Positions 1 to 10,401 are shown, numbered from the stretch's first letter. The stretch: DNA of 64,000 nucleotides from Verrucomicrobiia bacterium (GCA_040380225.1 JBEIJN010000005.1:4563-68562), one strand, 5' to 3'. Numbers and translations: made by a program. The notes: a model not told the origin generated them from the sequence alone.

Positions 1-138
1 GCGTCGTCGGTGGATTGCCGGGTTCATTCCCGGACTTCCATCGTTCACTGATCACAAGCCCTCGCCGACCCTCAGTCGGTGAGCGGTGGATACAACTCCG
101 CAAAACACTTTCCGCGGAAGTTGCGCACCCAGGAATCC

Positions 139-810
139 ATGTCCCGTAAAATCATCGAACAGAAATCAGGTTTCACCCTGATCGAGTTGCTTGTTGTGGT
201 GGCCGTCATTGCCGTGCTGGCTGCATTGGCTTTGCCGGCAATCCGAAACGCGCAGGCCCAGTCACTCTCCGTGAAGTGTGCCAGCAACATGATGCAACTC
301 GGGAAGGCGACCCTGCTCTACGCCTCGGATAATGAGCTTCGCCTGCCCGACAGTAGCCACGGGATCGATTCCTGGACCAATGCCCTTCAGCCCTACGCCT
401 CGGGCACGATCACCTTCAAGTGCCCGGCGGACGAGGTGAATGCAAGGAGGCGCACCTTTGTGATCAACGACTACCTCACGGCCAGGCCTTGCAATGCCGA
501 ATACCTCTCGGTGCTCAATCAATCACGTCTTGTCTGCGTGGAGAAGCCAAGCCAGACGGTGTTTTTCATGGAGCTGTCGAAGGGCTACGGCCGATCAAGG
601 CCGCCCGATCATCTCCACCTGGCGCAATACTACCCCGGGCAGATCGGTGCCGCGGATTTTGCAACCCAAGTGGGGGTGGAACGACACCCCGGAAGAAAGG
701 CCAACTACCTCTTCGCCGATGCGCACTGCGAGTCCCTCACCTGGACCGATGTACAGGCACGCATGGCGGAACCCGGCAGTCGCTTCATCACGTCGATACC
801 CACGGAATAG
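139..810 (+). CDS. prepilin-type N-terminal cleavage/methylation domain protein (pseudopilin-like, DUF1559 type)
   Basis: ORF 79..810. The Met at 139 precedes KSGFTLIELLVVVAVIAVLAALALPA, a canonical prepilin leader with hydrophobic helix. The C-terminal HPGRKANYLFADAH resembles the H-X9-DG tail of PVC pseudopilin paralogs. Confidence 0.8.
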   Translation: MSRKIIEQKSGFTLIELLVVVAVIAVLAALALPAIRNAQAQSLSVKCASNMMQLGKATLLYASDNELRLPDSSHGIDSWTNALQPYASGTITFKCPADEVNARRRTFVINDYLTARPCNAEYLSVLNQSRLVCVEKPSQTVFFMELSKGYGRSRPPDHLHLAQYYPGQIGAADFATQVGVERHPGRKANYLFADAHCESLTWTDVQARMAEPGSRFITSIPTE

Positions 811-833
811 ATGAAATCTCAAGAACCGTTCAT

Positions 834-860
834 CCAACCTAACCAACCTAACCAACCTAA
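834..860. repeat. 3 perfect tandem copies of the 9-mer CCAACCTAA
   Basis: Read directly from the sequence, in the spacer between the pseudopilin gene and the first PEP-CTERM gene. Confidence 0.9.
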
Positions 861-878
861 CCCACTCATCATACTATC

Positions 879-1718
879 ATGAAAACATCCAAACTCACAC
901 TTACACTTCAAGCAGCCCTCTTCCTCGGGGCTCTCTCCACCGCCTCCGCGCATATCGGTTACACCGGTCGGGATTTCGGCACCTATTCCGGAACCGATCT
1001 CACCTCGACCATCACGAACCAACGGGTCTCCGGCGAACACGGCTGGGCCGACGCCACTGATGCCAACCTTGGCGACACGCACAAGACCCGTGCCTTCAGG
1101 TTCAGTCTCACCACCGATGCCTGGGTGACGCTGAGCTTTCAAGGCTTGGCCTACACAGCGGGAGCATCCTCCTTCTCGGCACTCGCGCTTCCCGCATTCT
1201 CACTTTATCGGGGAGTGGCGGCGGCTTCGACGCACGACTTCAGCCCCATCAGCACCGCCTGGCGGAATACCACCTATGGCACCAACGCCACGGAAGGCAG
1301 CCTCAATGCGCTGGGTGATTGGAAAATCGGTTCGGATACCGGCACCACATTCGCCGACCTCTCCTCCTTCACCTACATCGGCAATGCCGCCGACGGATCA
1401 TCCGCCAACTACGGCACCCCTGCCTCTTCGTTGACGCTGACCGATGGCTCGAATGTCCCAAACGGACCCATCAACGGGGACGGGAATGCCGATGGCGTGG
1501 TATCCGGATCCTTCTATCTGAGTGCTGGCGATTACTCGGTCTTTGTGGGCGGAGCGAATTACGCCGGTGTGAATACCAACACCTCCTACGGCATACAGGG
1601 AACATTCACCGCCGTTCCTGAACCCTCCACGTGGGCTCTTCTGACCGTTTCTTTGGCCATGGTGGGATTGGTCATTCGCGGCAAGCGGAAAAAAGTAGTG
1701 CAGCCAGTTCAACTCTAA
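879..1718 (+). CDS. PEP-CTERM sorting-domain secreted protein
   Basis: N-terminal signal peptide (MKTSKLTLTLQAALFLGALSTASA). The C-terminus VPEPSTWALLTVSLAMVGLVIRGKRKK gives the PEP motif, a TM helix and a basic tail. Confidence 0.8.
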   Translation: MKTSKLTLTLQAALFLGALSTASAHIGYTGRDFGTYSGTDLTSTITNQRVSGEHGWADATDANLGDTHKTRAFRFSLTTDAWVTLSFQGLAYTAGASSFSALALPAFSLYRGVAAASTHDFSPISTAWRNTTYGTNATEGSLNALGDWKIGSDTGTTFADLSSFTYIGNAADGSSANYGTPASSLTLTDGSNVPNGPINGDGNADGVVSGSFYLSAGDYSVFVGGANYAGVNTNTSYGIQGTFTAVPEPSTWALLTVSLAMVGLVIRGKRKKVVQPVQL

Positions 1719-1724
1719 CAATCG

Positions 1725-2567
1725 ATGTTCTCAAAATCACACATTCACGGATTTCTGGCGGCCGCGCTCTGCGCGGCTGCCACACCCCTCTCCGCTCATA
1801 TCCTCTACACGGGGCGTGACTTCGGGATTTTTGATCCCAGCGGATCGAACACTTCTGTGACGATTTCCAAAAACAGGATCTCGTCTAACTTCGGATGGGC
1901 TGATGGGACGGACTCCGACTTTGGTGACAGCCACAAACTTCTTCCTTTTCGGTTCACTCTATTGTCGACGGGACTGGTCACCCTGCAGATTCAGGGGACA
2001 AGTTTCATATCGGGGGTGCTGAACATCGCCGCCATGGCAAATCCAGGCTTCTCCATCTACAAGGGAATCGCGCACCTTCCCCCGCTTGAAGAGGACCATG
2101 ATACAAGCGGGATCAGCAGTGCCTATATGGATGAAACCTATGGTGTTGCAAATTGGGAAGGATGCTTCAATGCCCTGGGTGATTGGAAAATGGGAAGCGA
2201 TGATGGAATCCAGTATTCGGACCTCTCTTCCTTTATCTATGCGGGCAATGCCGCGGATGGTACTTCCGCGAATTACGGCACCGGCGCGACTGTCATTCCT
2301 CGTGCAAATGGAACCACTCAAAGCAACGATCTGATCAGGGGTGATGGGCTCGCCGACGGCAGTGTCACGGGAACATTTGCCCTGGATGCCGGTGACTACA
2401 CCATCCTGGTCGGAGGGGCAACTTACGGCGGCACCTCCACCGCTTCCTTCGGATTCAACTCCACCCTCTCCGTGATGGCGATCCCAGAACCCTCCACCTA
2501 TGCGCTTTTATCGCTGGGGGCGATGGTCTTGACGGCGGCTTACCGACGCAGGATGGCGCGGGGATAG
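1725..2567 (+). CDS. PEP-CTERM sorting-domain secreted protein (tandem paralog)
   Basis: Same architecture as 879..1718. It shares AHI-YTGRDFG, GWADxTDxxxGDxHK, NALGDWKxGSD, IGNAADGxSANYGT and a C-terminal IPEPSTYALLSLGAMVLTAAYRRR. Confidence 0.8.
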   Translation: MFSKSHIHGFLAAALCAAATPLSAHILYTGRDFGIFDPSGSNTSVTISKNRISSNFGWADGTDSDFGDSHKLLPFRFTLLSTGLVTLQIQGTSFISGVLNIAAMANPGFSIYKGIAHLPPLEEDHDTSGISSAYMDETYGVANWEGCFNALGDWKMGSDDGIQYSDLSSFIYAGNAADGTSANYGTGATVIPRANGTTQSNDLIRGDGLADGSVTGTFALDAGDYTILVGGATYGGTSTASFGFNSTLSVMAIPEPSTYALLSLGAMVLTAAYRRRMARG

Positions 2568-2575
2568 GCGGCTAA

Positions 2576-2612
2576 GCGCAGGGGAACAATGCCCCGCGCA
2601 AAAAATCCTAAG
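2576..2612. repeat. family-S repeat, short form (outer hairpin plus AAAAAATCCTAAGCC tail)
   Basis: gcgcagggg-aacaat-ccccgcgc followed by aaaaaatcctaagcc. This matches the 3' half and tail of the elements at 12846 and 39855. Confidence 0.5.
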
Positions 2613-2614
2613 CC

Positions 2615-3349
2615 CTACGCAAGCAAAGCGACCATCTCTCGTGTAGCCTGTTCGATCCCGACGAACAGTGCGCGCGAGACGATGGAGTGGCCGATATTCA
2701 GCTCGACGAGCTTCGGCAGGGCGAGAATCGGCTTCACGTTCACGTAGTTGAGCCCGTGGCCCGCGTTCACCTGGATGCCTGCTTCATCGGCAAGGCGGGC
2801 GGCCTCGATGAGGCGTGAAAGTTCCGCATCGCGGGCTGCCCCCGAGGCCTCGGCATAGGCGCCGGTGTGGAGCTCGACGACCGGAGCGCCGAGTGAAGCG
2901 GCGGCGTGAATCTGGGCCGGGTCGGGATCAATGAAGAGGCTGACCCGGATCCCGGCGTCGGCCATTGATTTCAGCGTCGGCTCAAGCGCCGCGCGGTGCG
3001 TGATGCAATCGAGGCCACCTTCGGTCGTCACTTCCTCGCGGCTCTCGGGCACGAGGCAGACATCGGCGGGAAGCACCTGCAGCGCGATCGCCACGATCTC
3101 CGGGGAATTCCCCATCTCGAGGTTGAGCTTGGTTGCGATCGCTTCCTTGAGCCGGAAGATGTCGCGATCGACGACATGGCGGCGGTCCTGGCGCAGGTGC
3201 GCGGTGATGCCGACGGCGCCGCCCCGCTCAGCGGCCAGGGCGGCCTCGACGGGATCGGGTTCGACATTGATCGAGGCGGCGTTGCGGGCATACCGGGCCT
3301 GCCGCACGGTGGCGACGTGGTCGATATTGACGCCGAGCAACGCTGACAT
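2615..3349 (-). CDS. pdxJ: pyridoxine 5'-phosphate synthase
   Basis: 244 aa. The N-terminus LGVNIDHVATVRQAR and the HTGAYA and GHGLNY motifs are typical of PdxJ. Confidence 0.9.
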   Translation of the reverse strand: MSALLGVNIDHVATVRQARYARNAASINVEPDPVEAALAAERGGAVGITAHLRQDRRHVVDRDIFRLKEAIATKLNLEMGNSPEIVAIALQVLPADVCLVPESREEVTTEGGLDCITHRAALEPTLKSMADAGIRVSLFIDPDPAQIHAAASLGAPVVELHTGAYAEASGAARDAELSRLIEAARLADEAGIQVNAGHGLNYVNVKPILALPKLVELNIGHSIVSRALFVGIEQATREMVALLA

Positions 3350-3361
3350 CCCCGTGAGTGC

Positions 3362-4894
3362 CTAGTGCCTGAAGTGGCGCTTGCCGGTGAAGACCATGGC
3401 GACCCCGCGCTCGTTGGCTGCGGCGATCACCTCGGGATCACGGACGGATCCGCCGGGCTGGATGGCGGCGGTGGCACCCGCCTCGGCGGCGGCGATGAGA
3501 CCGTCAGGGAAGGGGAAGAAGGCATCGGAGCAGACGACGCTTCCCTTGAGGGAGAGTCCGGCCTCGCCCGCCTTCCAGACGGCGATGCGGGAGGAGTCGA
3601 CGCGCGACATCTGGCCGGCACCGATGCCGAGCGTGCGGTCCTTGCCGGCGTAGACGATGGCGTTGCTCTTGACGTGCTTAACGACCTTCCAGCCAAATTC
3701 CATCGCCTCGATCTCGTCCTTGGTGGGCGGGCGGGCGGAGACGACATGGTGCTCGATGTTTCCAGCCGTCTCGTTCGAGGCTGCGTCGGCATCCTGGACA
3801 AGCATGCCTCCGATGACGGAGCGGATGTCGCGGTCGTTGGAGGGGATCTCCTGAAAAAGGCGCATGAGGCGGAGGTTCTTCTTTTTCTGGAGCAGGGCGC
3901 GGGCATCGGCCGTGAACTCGGGGGCGATGATTACCTCGCTGAAGATTTCCGAGATGGCGCGCGCCAGAGCCTCGTCGACCGGGCGGTTCGCGATGATGAT
4001 CCCGCCGAACGGCGCGGAGCGATCGGTGGCGAAGGCCTTCTCCCACGCCTCGGTGAGGTTCTCGTCGCTGCCGACGCCGCACGGATTGGTGTGCTTGAGG
4101 ATGGCGACGGTCGGCTTGGCAAACTCGCTGATCAGGCGGGTGGCCGCGGTGATATCGAGGATGTTGTTGAAGGAGAGTTCCTTGCCGTGAAGCTTCTCGA
4201 AATAGTCGAAAAAGCCGCCATAGAGCTCGGCCTCCTGGTGGGGGTTCTCGCCGTAACGGAGGCGGCCGGCCAGCGGGAACTCGAGCGAGAGGGTCTCGCC
4301 GGGGGCGCTCTCGTTGTCGAGGTAGGAGCTGATGGCGCGGTCGTAGGCGCCGGTGGTGGCGAAGGCCTTCACCGCAAGGCGGGCGCGCAGCTCCGGGGTG
4401 GTCTCGCCGTTCCCCGATTTCATGGCGTCAAGGACGCGCGGGTAGTCGGCGGGGTCGACGACGACCGTGACGGAGCGGTGGTTCTTGGAGCCGCTGCGGA
4501 TCATCGAGGGGCCCCCGATGTCGATCTGCTCGATGGCCTCCTCGAGCGTCACGCCCTTCTTCGCGACGGTCTCCTCGAAGGGATAGAGATTCACGCAGAC
4601 GAGATCGATCGGAAGGATCCCGTGCTCGGCGGCCTGGGACTGGTGCTTGGGGTCGTCGCGGAGGAAGAGGAGTCCGCCGTGGACCTTGGGGATGAGTGTC
4701 TTCACGCGGCCGTCCATCATCTCGGGGAATCCGGTGTAGTCGGAGATCTCCCTGACGGGAATGCCTGCGGCCGCGATCGCCTTGGCGGTGCCGCCTGTGG
4801 AGAGAAGCTCCACGCCCTGCTCGTGCAGGCCGCGGGCGAAGTCGATGAGTCCGGTCTTGTCGGAGACGGAGAGGAGTGCGCGTTGGATTTTCAT
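3362..4894 (-). CDS. purH: bifunctional AICAR transformylase / IMP cyclohydrolase
   Basis: 510 aa. [26 protein letters not shown]-like, full-length PurH pattern ending in KRHFRH. Confidence 0.95.
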   Translation of the reverse strand: MKIQRALLSVSDKTGLIDFARGLHEQGVELLSTGGTAKAIAAAGIPVREISDYTGFPEMMDGRVKTLIPKVHGGLLFLRDDPKHQSQAAEHGILPIDLVCVNLYPFEETVAKKGVTLEEAIEQIDIGGPSMIRSGSKNHRSVTVVVDPADYPRVLDAMKSGNGETTPELRARLAVKAFATTGAYDRAISSYLDNESAPGETLSLEFPLAGRLRYGENPHQEAELYGGFFDYFEKLHGKELSFNNILDITAATRLISEFAKPTVAILKHTNPCGVGSDENLTEAWEKAFATDRSAPFGGIIIANRPVDEALARAISEIFSEVIIAPEFTADARALLQKKKNLRLMRLFQEIPSNDRDIRSVIGGMLVQDADAASNETAGNIEHHVVSARPPTKDEIEAMEFGWKVVKHVKSNAIVYAGKDRTLGIGAGQMSRVDSSRIAVWKAGEAGLSLKGSVVCSDAFFPFPDGLIAAAEAGATAAIQPGGSVRDPEVIAAANERGVAMVFTGKRHFRH

Positions 4895-4919
4895 GAGAGA
4901 AAGGGTGTTGCTCTGGCGG

Positions 4920-6770
4920 CTAGTGGGAGAACTGGAGGCGGTAGAGATTGGTGTAAACCTCGGAGGAGTTCAACAGTTCGGCATGGGTTCCCGTGGCCAC
5001 GATGCGGCCATGGTCCATGACGACGATCATGTCGCTGCCGAGGACGGTGGAGAGCCGGTGGGCGATGGCGATCACGGTGCGGCCCCGGGAGAGCTTCTCC
5101 AGGGCGTCCTGAATCATCTTCTCGGACTCGGAGTCGAGGGCCGAGGTCGCCTCGTCGAGGAGGAGGACGGGGGCGGCCTTGAGCAGGGCGCGGGCGATGG
5201 CGAGACGCTGCTGCTGGCCGCCGGAGAGGAGGCATCCCTTGTCCCCCACGATCGTCTCGTAGCCGTGGGGCTGGGCCATGATGAAATCGTGGGCGTGTGC
5301 AAGGCGTGCCGCCTCCTCGATCTCGGCCTTTGTGGCGTCGAGACGCCCGAAGCGGATGTTCTCGTAGATCGAGTCGTGGAAGAGAAAGCTCTCCTGCGTC
5401 ACGATGCCGATCTGCTCGCGCAGCGAGAGGAAGGTGAGGTCGCGCAGGTCTCGGCCGTCGATCAGGATCCGGCCCTGCTGCGGGTCGTAGAAGCGGAGCA
5501 GGAGGGCAAGGAGCGTGCTCTTACCCGCACCGCTCGACCCGACCAGCGCGACCTTCATGCCCGGCTCGATGACGAGACTGATCCCGGTGACGGCATTCCC
5601 GCCTTCCTCGCCATGGGGGCCGGTCGTGCCGTAGGAGAAGTTCACCCCCTCGAAGGCGAGATGCCCCCGCGTGGTCTCAAGCGGCATGGCTCCGGGGAGA
5701 TCGTGGATGGAGGGTTTCGTGTCGAGCAGCTCGAGGGTGCTGGTCGCCGCGCCGAGGCAGTTCTGCAGCACGACATGGATGCGGCTGAGGTTCTTGATCG
5801 GGTCGTAGAGCAGGAACATGCCCATGAGCAGCGCGATGAAACTGCCGATGGATAGATGTGAGTAGTGGACGTACACGAGCGCGAGGGCGACACCGCAGGC
5901 CGAGACGCTCTCCATCATGGGCTGGACGATGGCGGTGCTCTTCTTGACCTTCATGCCGGAGCGGAACTGCTCGTCGCTCGACTTGTCAAAGAGCCGGAGC
6001 TGGAAGGCCTCCCGCGCGAAGGACTTGATGACGCGGATGCCGGCGAAGGACTCCTGAAGGATCACCGCCATCACCCCGGCCTCGTTCTGCACGGCGCGCG
6101 CGGCCTTGCGGACGCGGCGACCGTAGATGATGACCGGCAGCAGGAAGAGGGGGAAGAGGACAAAGGCGAAGAGGCAGAACTTCCAGTCGATCCGAAGCAA
6201 CACGGCGATCACGCCGATGGCGGTGAGGGGCTGCTTGACCAGTTCCCCGACGATCGAGACCAGCGACTCCTGGGCCATCTGCGTGTCGTTGAGGACGCGG
6301 GAGAGGAGCCGGCCCGACTGGGAACGGCCGAAGAAGTCGAGCGACTGGCGCATCAGGTGACCGAAGACCCGGCGGCGCATGTCGCGCAGGGCGCGCAGGC
6401 TCACCCAGGTGAGATTGTAGACATTCGCGTAGGCCAGCAGGCCGCGCAGGATCATGACGAGCGGGATCGGCAGGATCATCCAGAGGAACTCGGTGACGCC
6501 GCCACCCTGTCCCATCCCGGCTCCCTTGAGCAGATCCGACTGGGAGAACTTCCCGTGGAAGGCTGTGTCGGTGATCGTGCGGACCAGCAGGATGATGCCG
6601 CTGTTGCAGGCGGCGTAGCCGATGCCGGCGAGAAGGCCCAGCGCCAATCGGAATCGGTACGGCTTAAGGAAGGAGGCCAGCTTCGCGTAGGTCTCCCAAT
6701 CGCTTCCCAAAAAGCGGAAGATCCCCGAGCGATGCTTCTGCCCGTGTTGCTGCTGCGCGTGTGCTGACAT
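4920..6770 (-). CDS. ABC transporter, fused permease/ATPase (MsbA-like lipid exporter)
   Basis: 616 aa. Six-TM N-terminal domain, Walker [10 protein letters not shown], signature [14 protein letters not shown], Walker [12 protein letters not shown]. Confidence 0.85.
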   Translation of the reverse strand: MSAHAQQQHGQKHRSGIFRFLGSDWETYAKLASFLKPYRFRLALGLLAGIGYAACNSGIILLVRTITDTAFHGKFSQSDLLKGAGMGQGGGVTEFLWMILPIPLVMILRGLLAYANVYNLTWVSLRALRDMRRRVFGHLMRQSLDFFGRSQSGRLLSRVLNDTQMAQESLVSIVGELVKQPLTAIGVIAVLLRIDWKFCLFAFVLFPLFLLPVIIYGRRVRKAARAVQNEAGVMAVILQESFAGIRVIKSFAREAFQLRLFDKSSDEQFRSGMKVKKSTAIVQPMMESVSACGVALALVYVHYSHLSIGSFIALLMGMFLLYDPIKNLSRIHVVLQNCLGAATSTLELLDTKPSIHDLPGAMPLETTRGHLAFEGVNFSYGTTGPHGEEGGNAVTGISLVIEPGMKVALVGSSGAGKSTLLALLLRFYDPQQGRILIDGRDLRDLTFLSLREQIGIVTQESFLFHDSIYENIRFGRLDATKAEIEEAARLAHAHDFIMAQPHGYETIVGDKGCLLSGGQQQRLAIARALLKAAPVLLLDEATSALDSESEKMIQDALEKLSRGRTVIAIAHRLSTVLGSDMIVVMDHGRIVATGTHAELLNSSEVYTNLYRLQFSH

Positions 6771-6912
6771 GAAGCGAAAACCTTACAGGGAGTCTTGACG
6801 CGGCAGGAGCAAAAAACCGCCCCTTCCGGGATTTATGGGAGTTCCAAGTTGAAGTTTAAGTTGAAGGGGGATGGCACCTTCCCCCTATCTCCCATTCCCT
6901 ATCCCCCAACCC

Positions 6913-8037
6913 CTAACTCCCCCTTACCCAGGACAGGTAGAGATCGATCATCCCCGGTCCGGCAAAAACCCAGAGGGATGCCCCAAGCGCCAGGTATGGG
7001 CCGAATGGGATCCGGCCCCCCGAGCGGCCACGGGTGGCGACCATCAGGGCCACTCCGACCAGCGCCCCCACCATCGATCCGGCGAAAAGGGAGAAAAGCG
7101 CCCCCTTCCAACCCAGAAATGCACCGATGCAGGCCAGGAACTTCACATCGCCGAATCCCATCGCCTCGCGGGGCAGCATCACCTCCGTCACGTCGGCCCG
7201 GATCGGCATCGCCTCCGTGAGCGTGGCCAGCGGCCACTCGCGCCCCCCGTAACGGATACCCGCGTGGGTGATCGTCAGGGTGTCGGCTTCAAGAACAGAG
7301 CCGTCGATCTCAAGACGCGTGCAGAGGGCCTCGATCCGATCGCTCTCCCGGTAGAAGAATTCCGCCAGCGGAACACTCTCCCCGCCCAGCGCGAGCACCG
7401 GATCCTCATCGCTGCCGGTGATTTCCAGCGGAAGCATGGAGCCATCCCCCTCCGCGCGGATACGACGGCGGCCGAAGGCGAGTTTGCCCAGTTCCACCAC
7501 CATCCAGAGCAGGAGGTAACCGCAAGCCGCCCCAAGCAGGGAAAGGAGCAGCCCCCGCCACCAGAGCGATTCACCCACCAGGGAGGGCGCCAAGGTCGCG
7601 CACAGGACTCCGGCCGCCGTTCCGCCCAGGGTGATCTCGTCGGGAATGATCAGGTGATCGAAGTCGATGAAGGTCGCCGCCACGAGCAGAGAGAGGAAGA
7701 TCCAGAAGATCGGTGCCAGCGGCAGGCCGAAGCGCCCCCAGGCCAGCAGGTAGAGGCATGCCGTGAGCAGTTCCACCAGCGGATAGCGGAGGGCGATCGG
7801 CAGGGCGCACCCGGAGCACCGCCCGCGGAGCAGCACCCAGCTGGCGACGGGGAGATTCTCATGCCACGGGATGGTCTTTCCGCAGCCTGGGCAGAAGGAG
7901 CGGCGGGGATTGAGCAGCGAGATCCCGCGCGGGAGCCGGTGGATGACCGCGTTGAGGAACGAGCCGGTGATCAGCCCGAGCAGGCCGACCGCGATCCATG
8001 CGATCCACGCGGGCATCGTTGGCGCGGCGCAGTTCAA
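6913..8037 (-). CDS. type IV prepilin peptidase (A24 family) with a long cytoplasmic insertion
   Basis: N-terminal CPGC...CSGC zinc motif. Catalytic Asp motifs are FDHLIIPD (D133) and GFGDVKF (D297). About 100 extra residues lie between them compared with the usual enzyme. Confidence 0.85.
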   Translation of the reverse strand: MNCAAPTMPAWIAWIAVGLLGLITGSFLNAVIHRLPRGISLLNPRRSFCPGCGKTIPWHENLPVASWVLLRGRCSGCALPIALRYPLVELLTACLYLLAWGRFGLPLAPIFWIFLSLLVAATFIDFDHLIIPDEITLGGTAAGVLCATLAPSLVGESLWWRGLLLSLLGAACGYLLLWMVVELGKLAFGRRRIRAEGDGSMLPLEITGSDEDPVLALGGESVPLAEFFYRESDRIEALCTRLEIDGSVLEADTLTITHAGIRYGGREWPLATLTEAMPIRADVTEVMLPREAMGFGDVKFLACIGAFLGWKGALFSLFAGSMVGALVGVALMVATRGRSGGRIPFGPYLALGASLWVFAGPGMIDLYLSWVRGS

Positions 8038-8049
8038 GGAGATCCCTGC

Positions 8050-8628
8050 TTACGCCCGTGGGAGACGCTCCTCCACGATCTCGCAGAGGACATGAAGGAG
8101 GAACTGCTGCGCCTCCTGGATCCGCGCGGTCTCGGTGCCGGGGACGATCAGTTCGAGATCGGCCGCACCCTTGGTGAAACCACCCCCCTTGCCGAGGAAG
8201 GAGATTGTTTTCACGCCGCGTCGGCGCGCCTCCTCAAGGGCGGCCAGGATATTGCGGGACTTGCCGCTGGTCGTGATCGTGATGAGGACATCGCCCGGCT
8301 TTCCGAAGGCCGCGACCTGCCGCGCGAAGACCTCGGTGAAGTCGTAGTCGTTGCCGATGGCTGTCAGGAGCCCCGCATCGACGGTGAAGGCCATGGCCGG
8401 ATAGGGACGCCGATCCTCCTTGAAGCGGCAGGTGAATTCGGTCGCCAGGTGGGCGCTGTCGCTGGCGCTGCCGCCGTTGCCGCAGAACATCAGCTTGTTG
8501 CCTGCGAGCAGGGCATCGCCGGCGATGGCCGCAGCCTTCTCCAGATCAGCCTGAAGGGGAGGCAGGGCCTGGAGGACCTCCTGAAGGGAGTGAAGGGAGC
8601 TTTGGAACTGGCTCATGGGAAGCGACAT
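8050..8628 (-). CDS. gmhA: SIS-domain phosphoheptose isomerase (GmhA/DiaA family)
   Basis: CGNGGSASDSAHLATEF, TAIGNDYDF and TTSGKSRNIL motifs. Start moved to the Met at 8628 (MSLPMSQF); the upstream 46 codons of the ORF are unlikely to be coding. Confidence 0.75.
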   Translation of the reverse strand: MSLPMSQFQSSLHSLQEVLQALPPLQADLEKAAAIAGDALLAGNKLMFCGNGGSASDSAHLATEFTCRFKEDRRPYPAMAFTVDAGLLTAIGNDYDFTEVFARQVAAFGKPGDVLITITTSGKSRNILAALEEARRRGVKTISFLGKGGGFTKGAADLELIVPGTETARIQEAQQFLLHVLCEIVEERLPRA

Positions 8629-8847
8629 TGGACGGAAGCACTGGGGTGCGTCAAGAGACCAAGCTATCGGAGCGGGGTGTTGGATCGCGCAGAGGCGCAG
8701 AGAACGCAGAGAATGATACCACCCTTCACTCACAGAAGGATCCTTACTTTCCCAAGAACTCCGCACTCTGCGGGAGATTTCTCATGAAACAAAGTCTCCC
8801 CTCCCTGCATTGACACCTTTCCGGCCAACGGCTTTCATCCTCAGCGC

Positions 8848-9414
8848 ATGGGATCACCAATCGACTCCTTTTTCAGGACGCTTCTGACGGCCGCCATGAT
8901 CCTCACAGCGGGATCCTCCCTCCTTCTTCTCGGAGGATGTGCCGCCCCCGAACCTCCCCAGGTCAACCTCGAGAAGGCGAATGTCCTGCCGCTGGCGATC
9001 AACCCCGACTTTGTTTTCCGCAAGAAGACCCAGTTCCTGAACGATCCGGCCACCTTCCCCAAGGCGGCGGCCCAGCAAAGCGAGGCAATCAATTTCGAGC
9101 GTGCCTACCACATGTGGCCGGCCACGACCGCCCTCGACATGCACGCCCTCACCGGAAACTACCTCACCTTCTACTGGTGGAACCGGGGCCAACCCGCCGA
9201 TGTCACCGTGCGCCTGGAGTATCGCCAGGCCAATCTCGGCAACTTCGTGATGGCGCGCGAGAAGAGCTACTCCAATGTGAAGGGATCGACCCGCACCCAG
9301 TTCACCATCATCGGCGACGACTACCTCGAGAACGGTCCGGTCACCAACTGGCGTTGCCTCCTCATCGTGGATGGCAGGATCGTCGGCCTGACCCAGTCGT
9401 ATCTCTGGAAATAA
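8848..9414 (+). CDS. hypothetical lipoprotein
   Basis: Signal peptide with lipobox LLLLGGC|A. No family recognised. Confidence 0.55.
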   Translation: MGSPIDSFFRTLLTAAMILTAGSSLLLLGGCAAPEPPQVNLEKANVLPLAINPDFVFRKKTQFLNDPATFPKAAAQQSEAINFERAYHMWPATTALDMHALTGNYLTFYWWNRGQPADVTVRLEYRQANLGNFVMAREKSYSNVKGSTRTQFTIIGDDYLENGPVTNWRCLLIVDGRIVGLTQSYLWK

Positions 9415-9428
9415 ACCGGCTCCCCCAC

Positions 9429-10133
9429 ATGCTCCCCGAAATCGAAAAACTCCTCACCCTCCAGGACCGCGACCAGAAACTGCGCGCCGTCCTGACCGAG
9501 ATTGCAGCCCTGCCAGCCGAGAAGGCGGCCCGCGACCGTGAGCTCAAGGCCGCGGACGACCGGCTCGAGGCGGCCCTGACGCGCCAGAAGGAGATTGAGG
9601 TCGAGCGCAAGAGGCTACAGGGCGAGGTCAAGGCGAAGCAGGACCAGATCGCCCGTTACAAGAACCAGCAGCTCGAGACCCGCAAGAACGAGGAATTCTC
9701 CGCCCTGCGCCACGAGATCGAAGTCGCCGAGAAGGCCGTCACCGAACTCGAGGACAAGGAACTCGTCCTCATGGAGGAGGCCGAGAACCTCAAGCCCGCG
9801 CTGGAAGCCGCGCAGGAGGCCCACGCCGCCGAGAAGAAGAAAGTCGAGAGCCACATGGCCTCGCTCACCGCGCGCAAGGAGAACCTCGATGCCCGTCAGA
9901 AGGAGCTGGAAACCGAGCGCCCCCGCTTCACCGAAGGAATCGAGGAAGATCTCCTCGACCGCTACAACAGACTCTTCAAGAGCAAGAACGGCGTCGCACT
10001 CGTCACCGTGGAGCACGAAGTCTGCACAGGCTGCCACATGAAGGTCACCCATCAGGCCATCCTCGAAGTGAAGGCCGAGAAGGAGATCATCGGCTGTCCG
10101 CAATGCGGACGCATACTTTACGAACCCCAATAG
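9429..10133 (+). CDS. coiled-coil protein with C-terminal C4 zinc ribbon (COG1579-like)
   Basis: Start at MLPEIEKLLTLQDRD, in frame within ORF 8937..10133. Long heptad-rich region, then CTGCHMKV...CPQCGRILY. Confidence 0.75.
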   Translation: MLPEIEKLLTLQDRDQKLRAVLTEIAALPAEKAARDRELKAADDRLEAALTRQKEIEVERKRLQGEVKAKQDQIARYKNQQLETRKNEEFSALRHEIEVAEKAVTELEDKELVLMEEAENLKPALEAAQEAHAAEKKKVESHMASLTARKENLDARQKELETERPRFTEGIEEDLLDRYNRLFKSKNGVALVTVEHEVCTGCHMKVTHQAILEVKAEKEIIGCPQCGRILYEPQ

Positions 10134-10159
10134 TTTGGGGCTTGTGAGAGTTGGCGGAT

Positions 10160-10212
10160 AGCGGCGTTGCCGCTCGCTTGCAGTAGTTCACTACAGCGGC
10201 ACTCGCGCGCCT
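10160..10212. repeat. family-S repeat core, inverted orientation
   Basis: gttgccgctcgcttgcagtagttcactacagcggcactcgcgcgcc is the reverse complement of the inner module of the copies at 12846 and 39855. Confidence 0.5.
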
Positions 10213-10401
10213 TGCTCTCCATCCAATCTCTCTGCGCCTAAAGCCTAGCAAAATTTAAACCCGAACTCTGAAGATTAGAGAGATGCGTTGGTGTTAAGAT
10301 GGTGGTCGATAAGAGTTGCGGAGATCCGTTCTAACTTCAGTTTTTTCTGCCCCCCCCCAACGGGCTCGTTCCGTTGGAGCGCGATTTCATTGGTGCGCTA
10401 G

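Noticed and set aside
3365-5020. 551-aa plus-strand ORF covering the whole purH locus.
   Set aside because: It is antisense to a full-length, motif-perfect purH. Its translation is low-complexity G/A/D/L/R-rich, as expected for stop-poor antisense frames in high-GC DNA.
6871-8787. 638-aa plus-strand ORF across the prepilin peptidase and gmhA genes. Similar long antisense ORFs are at 13632-14981, 16925-18628, 47942-49846, 53120-54550, 54668-55687 and 59899-61347.
   Set aside because: All lie opposite genes with strong family signatures, span two unrelated genes or intergenic DNA, and have Arg/Gly/Pro/Ala-biased composition with no motifs. They are treated as GC-driven artefacts.
8937-9428. 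N-terminal 164 codons of ORF 8937..10133.
   Set aside because: It overlaps the lipoprotein gene 8848-9414 in another frame and is Pro/Arg-rich. The zinc-ribbon/coiled-coil protein has a natural start at MLPEIEK (9429).
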